DNA of 62,808 bases, the filler included, from Stramenopiles sp. TOSAG23-2 (taxonomy: Eukaryota): NCBI GenBank assembly GCA_900128395.1. It is 11 parts of 11 records of this genome, joined end to end, with 100 filler letters (N's around TTAATTAATTAA, not from the genome) between each part and the next. Parts side by side here need not be neighbours in the genome. Positions count along the whole stretch, not along the records: positions 1 to 6,063 come from LT650531.1; positions 6,164 to 12,225 come from LT650532.1; 9 more parts are not named here. One strand, written 5' to 3'. The notes beneath the pieces were generated by a model. That model was not told where the DNA came from and did no database searches. It worked only from the letters and a program-made list of their open reading frames with translations. Positions 1 through 11,386 of the stretch are shown here, piece by piece (the stretch's first letter is position 1; each line of letters opens with the position of its first letter). The position numbers and the translations under genes are program-made.

Positions 1-93
1 ATATACCATCACCCAATTCAACCTTCATCCTATATGTTTATTCTGTGAAACATACTACGAAATAACGACGTAATAGTGATAAGGACACTGAAA

Positions 94-2880
94 ATGATGT
101 TGTTGGGTAAAATTTGGAAAATCATACCATTCTCATCATGGCTTATTATTGTCATGATAATATCTTTAACCTGTGGTAATATTTATGCTGATACCATCAC
201 AATACGAAATGACAATGTCAATGCAGTTATTAATCCTTCCATTGGTTTATTATCTTTAAATGAAAATAGTATACCACACACGTCATCTGATTTTGGAATA
301 AACTTTTCAGGAGATGATTGGGCGATAACATTACAAAATAACAATAAAACATTATTAAATTCAAGTATTTGCAATGTAAGAAAAAGTAGTTCAACTACTG
401 TTTCGTTAGACAAATTAAATGCTACCATTCATTATATTTGCAATAATGGCTACAACGTTGACGTTATCTACTCGCTCCCTACTGGAGAAAATTCATTTAT
501 ACGTAAAGTGTTGCAAGTTAGTAGTAAAACATCGTCTTCTTTTTTTATTACTTCGGTATCTTTATGGTCAGGCCTTACAATCAAAGAAGTTTCTCCAACA
601 ACAACATTACCACCAATATGGAAAACATTTCAAAATGGATTGTATAACCAATTGGAAATTGGTGGATTTATTCGTTTTCCACGTATCAGAAGAGGCTTGT
701 TTGTTACCATTCAAAATCCATTTGGCACGTATGTCTCTTCTCCAGTAAATAAAACAATGTCATTCACTGCTCAATATGCTGCTGGTATTAATCAAAGTTC
801 CGATTCTTTGCCTAATCCAAACTTTCACAAAACGGAAGGTGGTATCATAGGATTTACCACCCTTGGTAAATATAATAATAATTTAAGTGGTGGCCAAGGT
901 TTGAATATGGGTGAGCACCGAGCATTTACAACTTGTGTAGATTATTTTTTATTAGATAAATCTTCACGAGAAAATCATACGGTAAAGGTAAATGTAGCAT
1001 GGGATGAAAGCGATTATCAAATTGATGTTGGAACAGAATCAGGGAGGACGGAATATAAGAGAATTATTGATCGAAATGCGCAGCTTGGTATTACACATAT
1101 TGTTTATGAACCATTTAACTCTTTGCGAGCATCTAGATTAAATACTACCGATGGGTGGGGATGGGAAGGCAGTTTATGGATGTCAATGGGTGAAGAAATC
1201 CGTGTAGGTAAATGGGAACCACTGAATGATCCAATACCACCAGAATTGAAAGAAATGTTGGAATATGCAAAGAAACAAGGTGTACAATTGCTTGGGTATG
1301 TCTATCCAAATCTGGACTTTCGAAAAGGTGCAAATGTAAATTGCGCACCAGATTTATCTTGCATGGCTTTTCAGAAATGGCTTACGGAAACATTGTTGAA
1401 TTTTTTAAAAGTAACAGGAAACGGAGGTTTTGCCTGGGATCATGATATTTATACTGATGACCATTCAAAACATTATGCACAGTGGCGTGGATGGATGACT
1501 ATCCTTCATACATTGCGAACGGAGTTTCCAGATATTGTTATGGATCACAGGCAAACTAATCATATGTGGGGTCCTTGGTATCAACTTGCTGGCTCATATG
1601 CCGAGCCAATTGCAGGAGATGAAAATCCAGAAACATATGGTGTTTTAATGCCAACTTTATCAACCGATCAAGTTGCAGCAGACCATACACGTCAAATAAA
1701 TTGGGCATATAGCCAAACGCAGCTGATTCCTCATTCACGTATTCCTGGCTTTATATTTCATCAAACAGAACGTTCGACGGATAATGGGACGCTATTATGC
1801 AATGGAAAAAATCCATGTTATGATCATTATACGCGTGATTTTGATTTGATGGGGTATAAATATAGTTTATTGAGCACAATTGCTACAGCAGGGCAAAATC
1901 TTGTATTTACAATGATTCCTGCACGAGACATGGAAGAATTCCAATTGTTTCCAACTGAGGATATTGATTTTATTACCTTGTGGTTGAAATGGACGGATGA
2001 AAATATGAAATATCTAGCAAATACAATTCCAATAGCTACTCTTGGTCCTCCTGGAATTGGAAAAATCGATGGAACTGCAATGATGACAAATGAGGAAGGA
2101 TTTATTTTTCTGTTTAATCCAAATCCATATATGAAATCAGCAAGTATCACCTTGGATGAATCACTTGGTTTTCGTTTGGATAAGAATGATGATAACAATA
2201 ATAATAATAATAATAATAATCAAGTTTCGTATTATTATGAAGTAACGGAATTATACCCTCGACCTGCTGGTACAATTGTTGGCAAATGGAAAAAAGGTGA
2301 TACTGTAAGTGTACAGTTGTTTGGTTCAGATGCACTTGTCTTGGAATTGAGGGCAACATCTGTACCAAAATCATTATCAACGCCCTCACAAACATATTTG
2401 TCTGGTTTGCCAACAGTATATCATGCGATGCCTATATCGCCATCAAACCAACCACCATCGAATTTTAAAGGAGGTTGGTTCAATACTACTTTTGTTATAC
2501 CTTCAGCCATTCAAGATCAATTAATTGAACGTTCAAAAAAATATCCAATCCAATGGGATAAAGATGATCTTGATGCTACATGGCTTTCACCATCTCGTTT
2601 GTTGGGATATATTTATATTGAAACTTTTGTAGAATACCATCCACTTCACAATGATTTGAAACTGTTATTAATGATCGATGATGTAGAAGTGGAAGTACAT
2701 AATGCATATAATTCTCGTGGGCGTGTTGTACCACGGTGTTTCTTAGGATACTATTTTGACGCGACAAATTTAGCTGTAAATAAGACACATTCGCTTGCTT
2801 TGGATATTCCAATGCTTGGAAAAGGGCTATCTTTTAAAGGGGTTTATTGGCAAAATGTGGAGACGGTGTTTTTAAAATGA
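94..2880 (+). CDS. Secreted glycoside-hydrolase-like protein (possibly a GH36/clan-D-like barrel)
   Basis: Uninterrupted ORF with first ATG at 94; hydrophobic signal-like N-terminus; Trp/Asp-rich central region (DGWGWEG, GGFAWDHD, DFDLMGYKYSLLS). Family is tentative. Confidence 0.55.
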   Translation: MMLLGKIWKIIPFSSWLIIVMIISLTCGNIYADTITIRNDNVNAVINPSIGLLSLNENSIPHTSSDFGINFSGDDWAITLQNNNKTLLNSSICNVRKSSSTTVSLDKLNATIHYICNNGYNVDVIYSLPTGENSFIRKVLQVSSKTSSSFFITSVSLWSGLTIKEVSPTTTLPPIWKTFQNGLYNQLEIGGFIRFPRIRRGLFVTIQNPFGTYVSSPVNKTMSFTAQYAAGINQSSDSLPNPNFHKTEGGIIGFTTLGKYNNNLSGGQGLNMGEHRAFTTCVDYFLLDKSSRENHTVKVNVAWDESDYQIDVGTESGRTEYKRIIDRNAQLGITHIVYEPFNSLRASRLNTTDGWGWEGSLWMSMGEEIRVGKWEPLNDPIPPELKEMLEYAKKQGVQLLGYVYPNLDFRKGANVNCAPDLSCMAFQKWLTETLLNFLKVTGNGGFAWDHDIYTDDHSKHYAQWRGWMTILHTLRTEFPDIVMDHRQTNHMWGPWYQLAGSYAEPIAGDENPETYGVLMPTLSTDQVAADHTRQINWAYSQTQLIPHSRIPGFIFHQTERSTDNGTLLCNGKNPCYDHYTRDFDLMGYKYSLLSTIATAGQNLVFTMIPARDMEEFQLFPTEDIDFITLWLKWTDENMKYLANTIPIATLGPPGIGKIDGTAMMTNEEGFIFLFNPNPYMKSASITLDESLGFRLDKNDDNNNNNNNNNQVSYYYEVTELYPRPAGTIVGKWKKGDTVSVQLFGSDALVLELRATSVPKSLSTPSQTYLSGLPTVYHAMPISPSNQPPSNFKGGWFNTTFVIPSAIQDQLIERSKKYPIQWDKDDLDATWLSPSRLLGYIYIETFVEYHPLHNDLKLLLMIDDVEVEVHNAYNSRGRVVPRCFLGYYFDATNLAVNKTHSLALDIPMLGKGLSFKGVYWQNVETVFLK

Positions 2881-3384
2881 AAAAAATTTTCAAAAAAGAA
2901 GAAAAGAGAGAGGGGAAAGAGAGGAGAGAGAAGTACCGTTTTACGAATTTTTATTATCTTCGGTAATATTTCCACATTTTTTTTTAATAAAAAAAAGTTC
3001 TCTCTCTTCTCGCAATAATTTCTATATATTTTAAATATTTTTCTAAAAATATTATAGAAAAATACGAATATAATTTTAAATATGTACCAGTAATTAATAG
3101 TATAATACATATATCATATATAATACTATGTGGCTTTGATTGAGTGAATATGGAGTTTGTTAATTGGTGTTTGGAAATTAAAAACTTTTTTATATAAAAG
3201 ATTAATTTTAAATGATAAGAAATAATCACACACGCGTTTACTCCTAATATGTTTTTGTGTGGATTTTCCGCACCACATCAAGGTGCTTAAAGCCTTTTTG
3301 TTACGAGTACGAACTGATTGAGAGATAGCTGATAGCTACCACAATCTTCATCGACCAAGAAGGCGGATCAATTTTATACGAAAT

Positions 3385-4394
3385 TTACTCATATTTTCTA
3401 CGTAAATAAAACCGTGGCATTGCCTCAAATTTTGCACCACTTTGTAACGTAAAACTTAAACGACAAGCAACCTGACTTTCATCAAGGAACGATGGTATGA
3501 AATTCAGGATTTCAATGCTTTTCACAGGAGGAATCGCATCCATTAATTTTTTCAATTCGTCATGTCCATACACTGTTCTCCCACCAGGTGGATCTTCAAA
3601 TGTTCCATTGCTAGCCCAACAATTGACCCATGATTTACTAGCATCTTTATCATGCTGTTCAGCACCTTTGCAATATGCTTCAATCAATTTTCTGGTTTTG
3701 CCATATCCATTTTGTCTTGAAACCCCTAGACTTTTGCCAAATGCTGCATCAATATCATACATATGATAATATAAATCGAGATTAACAATTTTACCAAAAT
3801 CATCAATGGTATAATATTCAAGTAAAGTCCATTCCGGTAACTAATAAATATATATTGTGTTTTGTATATTGTTGTTAAAAGATATTTTAATTACCAGAAA
3901 AAATGTGTATTGTATGGTATTTTAAAAGAAATTGAAGAAAAACTTACGCCTTTAATTCCAATTTGTGTCGTACATGAAAATCTGTTTGGATCACCCGTAC
4001 AGAATATTTTTGTAACTTCTGCTTTGTGTATTTCAAATGCTTTTGCATATTCTACAAATGCCTCAATAGATGTATAATAACTTCCAATAGGATCTTGTAA
4101 AACAAATTTAGTACTAAACGCTTTACTTAGCAACTGTCCTTCGTCACCTTTTCCTTTTCCATTTTCATCTACACCTTTTGCCAAGGCAAGAAGTCCATTT
4201 GCACGAGCTTCTGCTGCTTTTCGACAGCGTGCAATTTGTGCTTTGCTTGGTGGCTCACCCATTCCCAAATCTGATGGATGGAAATATGCTTGCCCCTCAA
4301 TAATTTCAACACCCAAATCATATCCTTCTTTTTTACTTGTAATTGAATCATATAAAATAAATGCTGCTGATAGTGCTGGTGCAATGAAACTCAT
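3385..4394 (-). CDS. Two-exon protein with tandem SnoaL/NTF2-like domains
   Basis: ORFs 3891-4394 and 3385-3762 join in frame through a phase-0 intron 3947..3841 (GTAAGT...TTAG), giving IGIKG|LPEWTLLEYYTIDDFGKI. Both halves have SnoaL-like motifs (FVLQDPIG; WASNGTFEDPPGG..YGHDEL). The 3' end is uncertain. Confidence 0.6.
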
Positions 4395-5123
4395 AATGAT
4401 GTATAATTTTTTTTAATTGGTTTTGCTTTGGTCTCTTTTTTATTTGTTCTTTTGTTCTTCTTCTTGTATTTTACTTTTCTTTTCTTAATTACTTTATTTC
4501 TATCCATTGGATATGTATATAGTATCTTTTTCTAAATAATATCTTTTTGGGTATATGCCGCCTGGTATATGGGTTTTCGCCCCCGTGTGTCGTGCGTGTG
4601 TGCTGCTGGTGTGTGGTGTGTATAGGACACAGATAATTCAGTATAAATTAAGAATACTAATATATTATAAAATCTCTATCAATTGTTTGATACCATAGAT
4701 CTTCTATAGGTCCAAATCTACCTGGCCTTATAGGGCTGTGGCCCGCTGGTACGGTACATCTACATTCTACATGTATGTAAATGGTACGGGAAAACTTTTA
4801 AATTATTTTTTACAGTATTGGATAGGTGCTGGTAATCTTTTTGGGTCTTTGAGTACAGGAAAGGGGAGTAAAACACATGTTATACTAAATCATAGTTAAT
4901 TAGTATACGAAAATATCGGGAATATCAAGGGATACCCCCTATTAATATTATTATGGCCATTTTTCCAAAAATCATCGTACGGATCTTCGGATCTTATCAA
5001 CAGTGGGTCTTATATTATATTATATTATCGTGAGTATAAAAAACGTTCTTACGTACAATATATTTATATATACGCGCACACACATACATACACATATAAC
5101 AACCTTCCCCCCTCCTTCAAATT

Positions 5124-5729
5124 TTAGCGCAAGGTACCATCTTTATAATTCAATGTTGGTTTAATAATATCTTTAAATAGGCTACGTAAATCTTCATTTT
5201 GTTTTATTTTTGCATGTAACTGATCTGATTCTTCTTTAAGTTGTTTAATATATTCATCTCGTTTTTGTGTTAATTTTTTACGTACCATTAATTCATATTC
5301 TAATTGGTTCATTAAAAATTCATGCGGGTTGTTCTTTTCATTGACTTTGGTTAAATTTTTTGGTGCATTTTTAGTAAATAGTGTTTTACTAACTAATTCT
5401 ATTTTATCATATTCAGGTGTTTTAAAGTTATCACAAGATTTAATTTCATTTAATAATAAATTTTTCTCATATAATAAATTTTGTAATTGTAAATGTGCAG
5501 TATCAGCAACTTCTTTTTCCTTTGTGACATTCATTCTTTGTTCTTGTATAATTGAAAGCACATTGCGTGTTAATATTTTCAATGATATAATTTTTAATTG
5601 ACATTCTTGTAATAACTCTTGTAAAACAGCGTCATCTTGTTTATTTTCATAACTATTGGATATGGATTCTTTAAAAGTGGATAATTCAGTGGATAGCCTG
5701 GTAAATGGTAATATGGTAGTTGTTGCCAT
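5124..5729 (-). CDS. THOC5: THO complex subunit 5-like (FmiP N-terminal region only)
   Basis: Coiled coil with HLQLQNLLYEKNLLLNEIKSCDNFKT and HEFLMNQLEYELMVRKKL, matching the THOC5 N-terminus. Confidence 0.8.
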   Translation of the reverse strand: MATTTILPFTRLSTELSTFKESISNSYENKQDDAVLQELLQECQLKIISLKILTRNVLSIIQEQRMNVTKEKEVADTAHLQLQNLLYEKNLLLNEIKSCDNFKTPEYDKIELVSKTLFTKNAPKNLTKVNEKNNPHEFLMNQLEYELMVRKKLTQKRDEYIKQLKEESDQLHAKIKQNEDLRSLFKDIIKPTLNYKDGTLR

Positions 5730-6063
5730 GTTTATTCGTTATTATTGATGGTATATATAATTTTATATCTATACATACGTATGTTTCACAGAATAAACAT
5801 ATAGGATGAAGGTTGAATTGGGTGATGGTATATATTACGATATATATGTTGTATATTCCAACTTTGTACAATTTATATAATAATATCAAAAAATTATGTA
5901 TAATATTATATATTTTCGTTCTTCATTCTATATATAATTCATTTCATATTCATATTGTGCATATTCGCTAATACGATGTAATGCTATGTCATGCTACTGG
6001 AAAAAGTAAGACCCATTTTCCAATAGTGTATCGATATAATTTATTGATGTATTTTAGCCGATG

Positions 6064-6163
6064 NNNNNNNNNNNNNNNNNNNNNNNNNNNNNNNNNNNNN
6101 NNNNNNNTTAATTAATTAANNNNNNNNNNNNNNNNNNNNNNNNNNNNNNNNNNNNNNNNNNNN
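6064..6163. other. Artificial contig linker (N-run, TTAATTAATTAA, N-run)
   Basis: Identical 100-nt spacer with stops in all six frames; also at 12226-12325, 18383-18482, 24539-24638, 30688-30787, 36837-36936, 42984-43083, 49130-49229, 55275-55374 and 61420-61519. Confidence 0.99.
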
Positions 6164-6509
6164 CACATGTTTTTCAATAAAAAGTAGAAATATATATGTT
6201 AAAGTGGTATAAATGTATAGATTAGAATACAATATATTGTACTTAAATATACCCTATTATATATACTTTTTTTACTGATCCTCCTGATCTTATGTGTTAT
6301 GGGTCATATATATATATATGATTATATGATATAAATGATGGTTAAAATCTTAAGTTATAAATATATATGCATCTTGTACGAGTATCATAGTTTGATATTT
6401 ACGAGTACCGTATAAAAAATTTATACATATGCATAGTATGCATATGATATATATTACTTCGTATTTTATATAATATACACATGCATTTTAACATCTATTT
6501 TAGACTCTC

Positions 6510-8093
6510 TCACAATCTACTTGTCAATACATTACTGCTGCTACCATTCGTTACACTACCCCATTTTGTAAATGTATTCATCTTATTATCACGACGTAAA
6601 AACTCTAAATTATCTTCATCTTCAATACCTTTCAACATCAATGTAATTGAATCTAAAATGTAATTTTGATAATTTATCCATGGATCCTTATTACCTTGCT
6701 TTGGCATTGAATCTTGCGATCTTTGTACATATCCCGACTTCAATCCAAATACATGGTCATCTGTTGGTTGAATATCATGAGCATGTGGGTTACATATTGC
6801 AAAATCATTCTTTCTCATATGATTCAATATATTACAGGCAAATGAAGATGTTATATCAGCTTTTAATGTCCAAGATGCATTTGCATATCCCATAGTGAAT
6901 ATGAAATTAGGCACGTCACTAATCATCACTCCTTTGTACATAAAACGATCTTTTGCTATATATGGTTCCCCATCAATTGTTACATCAATTGTACTAAATG
7001 GATAATTTTGTTGAAAATTAATCCCTGTGGCAGTAACAATAACATCACAATCCACATGTGTCCCATCTTTCATTTGAATACCAGTTTCAGTAAAGGCTTC
7101 TATATGATCCGTTACAATGGATGCTTTTTTCTCCCTTATTGCACGGAAAAAATCACCATCTGGTGTCAAACATACTCGTTGTTCCCATGGGTCATATTTT
7201 GGATGAAAGTGTTTTTTAAATTCGTCTTTGCTCATTACATCTTTTACCTCCTTCCACATACCTTTTTCTAAAAAATTACGTACAGAATTTGGATATCTCA
7301 TGCTACTTTCAAATATTAACCAAGTTCCAAATACGGCACTCCAACGATTGAATGTTAATGCTAATGACTCAGGTAACCATTTACTGGCAAAACTTTCTTC
7401 ACCAGAATTTGTTCTTGCAACCATGTATGTGGGAGACCTTTGCACCATCGTAACATGTTTTGATGTTTTTGCTATATTTGGCAACATAGTCACAGCAGTT
7501 GCACCGCTTCCAATAATTGCAACATTTTTATTGATTATGGATTGATCATCTGCATTGGTCCAATTTGATGGATGTACAATAGATCCTTTAAACATATTTT
7601 CATTTGGAAACGTTGGCTTATTTGGATTTTCATAACTATAATATCCTGTGCAACCAAATAACATATTACAAGTATATGTAACATTGTTATTGTTGTTATT
7701 ATTATTCGTTTTCAATGTCCATATTGCGTTTGCAGAAGAAAAAGATGCTTGTTCTACATTTGTATTAAATTTAATTTTTTCACGTATGTGTTGTTCATTT
7801 ACTGCTTCATTTAAATATTTTAATATTTGCCCTGCAGTTGCTATAGGATTATCAGCTTTCCATAATTTCCAGCTGAAACCAAATGTATACATATCAGAAT
7901 CCGATCTAATACCTGGATATTTAAAAAAGTCCCAAGTGCCACCAATATTTTCACGTCTTTCTAATACTAATATTTTAGCCCATGGGCAATATTTCTGCAA
8001 ATAATACACTGCATCAATTCCAGAAATTCCAGCACCCAATACAATCACATCGTAATGGTTGTTATTATTGTTGTCGTTGATTTCCTCCATCAT
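6510..8093 (-). CDS. Flavin-containing (Baeyer-Villiger-type, EthA/AlmA-like) monooxygenase with PTS1
   Basis: GAGISG FAD motif, GGTWDFFKYPGIRSDSD, FKGSIVHPSNW fingerprint (FxGxxxHxxxW), IGSGATAVT NADPH motif, VTATG; ends -SRL. Confidence 0.9.
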   Translation of the reverse strand: MMEEINDNNNNNHYDVIVLGAGISGIDAVYYLQKYCPWAKILVLERRENIGGTWDFFKYPGIRSDSDMYTFGFSWKLWKADNPIATAGQILKYLNEAVNEQHIREKIKFNTNVEQASFSSANAIWTLKTNNNNNNNNVTYTCNMLFGCTGYYSYENPNKPTFPNENMFKGSIVHPSNWTNADDQSIINKNVAIIGSGATAVTMLPNIAKTSKHVTMVQRSPTYMVARTNSGEESFASKWLPESLALTFNRWSAVFGTWLIFESSMRYPNSVRNFLEKGMWKEVKDVMSKDEFKKHFHPKYDPWEQRVCLTPDGDFFRAIREKKASIVTDHIEAFTETGIQMKDGTHVDCDVIVTATGINFQQNYPFSTIDVTIDGEPYIAKDRFMYKGVMISDVPNFIFTMGYANASWTLKADITSSFACNILNHMRKNDFAICNPHAHDIQPTDDHVFGLKSGYVQRSQDSMPKQGNKDPWINYQNYILDSITLMLKGIEDEDNLEFLRRDNKMNTFTKWGSVTNGSSSNVLTSRL

Positions 8094-8415
8094 ATATTGA
8101 TATAGTATATATATATATTATGTGTTTGTTTATATATATATTATATTCTTCCATACTCATATAATATATAACACACTCTTCATGCATTTTAATAAACTTT
8201 TATTTCTGGTGGAATAATTATTTGGTTCCTCCGTTTCTTCTTTTTCTTCTTTTCGACGGACAAAGAGATGGCAATGCCAATTAGCATATAAATAACATTA
8301 AGTCCTGATGGATACATTTTTATATAACATGTATAACTTAACAATGTATGTGTGTCCATGTGTGAATGCCTTTGTCGTCTTTAATTGAAGAATTACTAAA
8401 ACATATGTTGGGAAG

Positions 8416-8901
8416 ATGAGTAGTGCAACATATAATAACCAACGTGAGCGATTTTTCAAAGCGGCATTGGAGAATAATATACCCGAATTGAAAGTATTGT
8501 TAGAGAATGGGTATCGTATCAACCGTGGAGATGGTGATTTATATACTGCTTTACACCGAGTTTGTGAGCATTGGACAGATAAGATAAATAATAAAAATGG
8601 GCAAAACAAATTATCATCATCTTACAACACTGCTACGTTTTTAGTTTCCAATGGTGCTGATGTAAATGCTGATAATCCTGCAACCGATGGATGGACGCCG
8701 TTACATTTAAGTTGTTGGGCAGGAAGTATTGGTGCAGTACAATTTTTAATAGATAACGGCGCACGAGTTAATTACCCTGATTGGTATGGCGCAACCCCCA
8801 AAAAAATAGCAATTTATGCTGGCCATCAAGAAATAGCAGAATTAATAACAAAGATTGAAAATAAGAGGGAAACATCAAAAGCTTCATCGAGTCGTCTATG
8901 A
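8416..8901 (+). CDS. Small ankyrin-repeat protein with PTS1
   Basis: TALHRV, GADVNA, GWTPLHLSC, GATP ankyrin motifs; ends -SRL. Confidence 0.85.
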   Translation: MSSATYNNQRERFFKAALENNIPELKVLLENGYRINRGDGDLYTALHRVCEHWTDKINNKNGQNKLSSSYNTATFLVSNGADVNADNPATDGWTPLHLSCWAGSIGAVQFLIDNGARVNYPDWYGATPKKIAIYAGHQEIAELITKIENKRETSKASSSRL

Positions 8902-9048
8902 TATTGTTTCTTTGTCTGTCTGTATATATAATATATGTGTGTGTACTCGTATATATAATATTACTCTTTTTCATATTTTTATAATATTTTATTGTTTCAC
9001 TCCGTATGATACGTATTTTAATATAACTGTCAGTTCTCTTTCTCTCCT

Positions 9049-11280
9049 TTACAACAAAATGGCATCATCATCATCACCAAATTCATCAACATCACCATCA
9101 TCTTCCATACCAATATCAAAATCATCCATCATTTTTTCCATATCTGCTTTCATTGCTGCAAGTCCACTTTTCTTCTCTAATAATGCACTATCATTGCATG
9201 CATCAATGACGAAATCAATACCACTTGTTGTATATGTATCTATAATCTCTTTACAACATGCTGTACATTTATCATATGCTTCACCTTCAATAATCGTATT
9301 TTTAAATGAGCTTAAATGTCCACGAATTTGATGTGGTAATACACCAAAACTTTTTGTAGTATCATTAGCACTAGCATGATGTTTCAATGGATGGGACCAC
9401 ATTGCAATGCAAAGTTCAACTGCTAATCCAGCAGCAATTGGTGCAAGACCAGGTCGTGTTACAGTGCATTGTTGATCCAATGTTCTGCCAGTTAATGAAT
9501 CACCTGGTGCAACAATATCTGCACAAAAATAACATCCTAATCTAGTTGTTGTAGATATATTTTGTTGTTGTTGCTGCTTATTTTTATCAGAAACAGCAGA
9601 CGTATTAGTACCTTTTTGCTCGTCATCATTATGAACATTCGTATTTGCATCATTTTTCTCCGTCGCGGTAACCTTGTTTTTCTTTCCAACAATGCCACCA
9701 CCATGTCGCATAACTAAATAATTGTCAAATCCAAGTGCTACATTGATGCACATTTTATCTTTCGCTACACATATACATGTTGGTAACCATCTTGATTCCC
9801 TTGTATCTGTTCCTAAAAAAATAACATCATGTTCATCAATTAATGTCTCTAATTGTTTAATACTATCTCTAGCTTCTAATTCGCTCTTACTGTTTGCTTT
9901 GTATCCGTGCCCAGGCATTGGTATTGTCATGATAATACCATTTGATCGCATACCAGGTAAAATTTGTTTCAACGCATTTGCAGCAGCTGTTGATTTATAT
10001 GTTGAAGTTTTACAATCTTCAAATGTAAATAATGATTGACGTACTGGATTACTATAACTAACCGTGCCATTATCAACAAATGTAATATCTCTTACTCCCC
10101 ATCCCATTAATGTACGCGCAACTGCACAACCAAGTGTGCCAGCACCTAACAATAAACATTTTAAATTCGATATAGCATCTGTATCTAAATTAGGCAACAT
10201 TCGCCATCTCATTAATTTCACATTTAAATCAGCACTAGACATTGCTAAATGAGATGGATCCATTGTTGCACCTAAATCAGCACGACGTGGTATTGCTCTT
10301 TTTTTATTATTCAATTCCCAACCTAAAAATGTTTTCTTTGCATTTTCCACGTCTGAAACTACATGATTCAATACTAATGATATGGATTCTGGTACTATGC
10401 CACTACCATGCCCCATGTTGCTACTAAGTATGTCACCACGTAAACAAAATACATTCATCGTTTCAATTTGAAAATGAAAGCGTTGATTTGGTATATCAAG
10501 AAATACACGTAATGGCCATCCTGGATGCTTTCCACTCGAACTTGGATCAAGAAATATCAATTTTGTATTGAACATTTCCCAACTATTTTTATTCGTTAAT
10601 TCTTTAATTTCAACATGGTCTGTTTGTATCGATAATAATTTATTTTCATGCAATATATAAAGTGGATATAATGCTGCATTGCTGTTGTTGATTTTTTCAT
10701 TTTCTATTAAATTAATCATTAATTGTTTTTCATCACTTGTTAGTTTCTTTGATTCTACAACTGTTGTTGTTGTAGCATTATTATTATCATATACCCATGC
10801 GGGAAATCCAAACCAATAAATATATTTATGTTTTTTTACATCAGCATGTACTAATAATACAAATGTGTAATGTGGCTCGGTTCCTTCATCAGTACAACTA
10901 TTTAATATCTTTTCCGAGGCTTCTTTTAATATTGTTTTCTTGTCTAATTTTTTAAATTCATCTATTGTATTTACTAAATATAAAATACCTTTTGCAATAA
11001 TATGGTTCTTTTTATGAAATACCATGCTATTATTATTATTCTCATTGTTATTGTTGGTATCAAATGAATCCGACGATACAGAAATAGTTGGTGGTAAATC
11101 TTTTAAGCTTGCAGGTTGATATGTACCATATATAACCCTGGGTTCCGTTGATAAACGCCATGAATTTAATTTTTTCTTTTCCAACTCACTCCAAAAAGAT
11201 GGGTGTATGGAACTATTAAATGGTACAAATTTCAAAGGTACATTTGATTTACCGTTGTCAGTTGCAACAACAGACGCCAT
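9049..11280 (-). CDS. ATG7: Ubiquitin-like modifier-activating enzyme ATG7
   Basis: N-terminal FWSEL..KKLN.WRL, HPGWPLR, DLNVKLMRWR, GAGTLGC, SNPVRQSLF, TDTRESRWLP, LGCYFC and catalytic DQQCTVTRPG. Confidence 0.97.
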   Translation of the reverse strand: MASVVATDNGKSNVPLKFVPFNSSIHPSFWSELEKKKLNSWRLSTEPRVIYGTYQPASLKDLPPTISVSSDSFDTNNNNENNNNSMVFHKKNHIIAKGILYLVNTIDEFKKLDKKTILKEASEKILNSCTDEGTEPHYTFVLLVHADVKKHKYIYWFGFPAWVYDNNNATTTTVVESKKLTSDEKQLMINLIENEKINNSNAALYPLYILHENKLLSIQTDHVEIKELTNKNSWEMFNTKLIFLDPSSSGKHPGWPLRVFLDIPNQRFHFQIETMNVFCLRGDILSSNMGHGSGIVPESISLVLNHVVSDVENAKKTFLGWELNNKKRAIPRRADLGATMDPSHLAMSSADLNVKLMRWRMLPNLDTDAISNLKCLLLGAGTLGCAVARTLMGWGVRDITFVDNGTVSYSNPVRQSLFTFEDCKTSTYKSTAAANALKQILPGMRSNGIIMTIPMPGHGYKANSKSELEARDSIKQLETLIDEHDVIFLGTDTRESRWLPTCICVAKDKMCINVALGFDNYLVMRHGGGIVGKKNKVTATEKNDANTNVHNDDEQKGTNTSAVSDKNKQQQQQNISTTTRLGCYFCADIVAPGDSLTGRTLDQQCTVTRPGLAPIAAGLAVELCIAMWSHPLKHHASANDTTKSFGVLPHQIRGHLSSFKNTIIEGEAYDKCTACCKEIIDTYTTSGIDFVIDACNDSALLEKKSGLAAMKADMEKMMDDFDIGMEDDGDVDEFGDDDDAILL

Positions 11281-11355
11281 TGCTTGTGTTTTTTGTTATC
11301 TTATTGGTTCAATTATTTCGTATGGTTAAATTGTATCTAATAATGATCGCGTATA

Positions 11356-11386
<31 letters not shown>

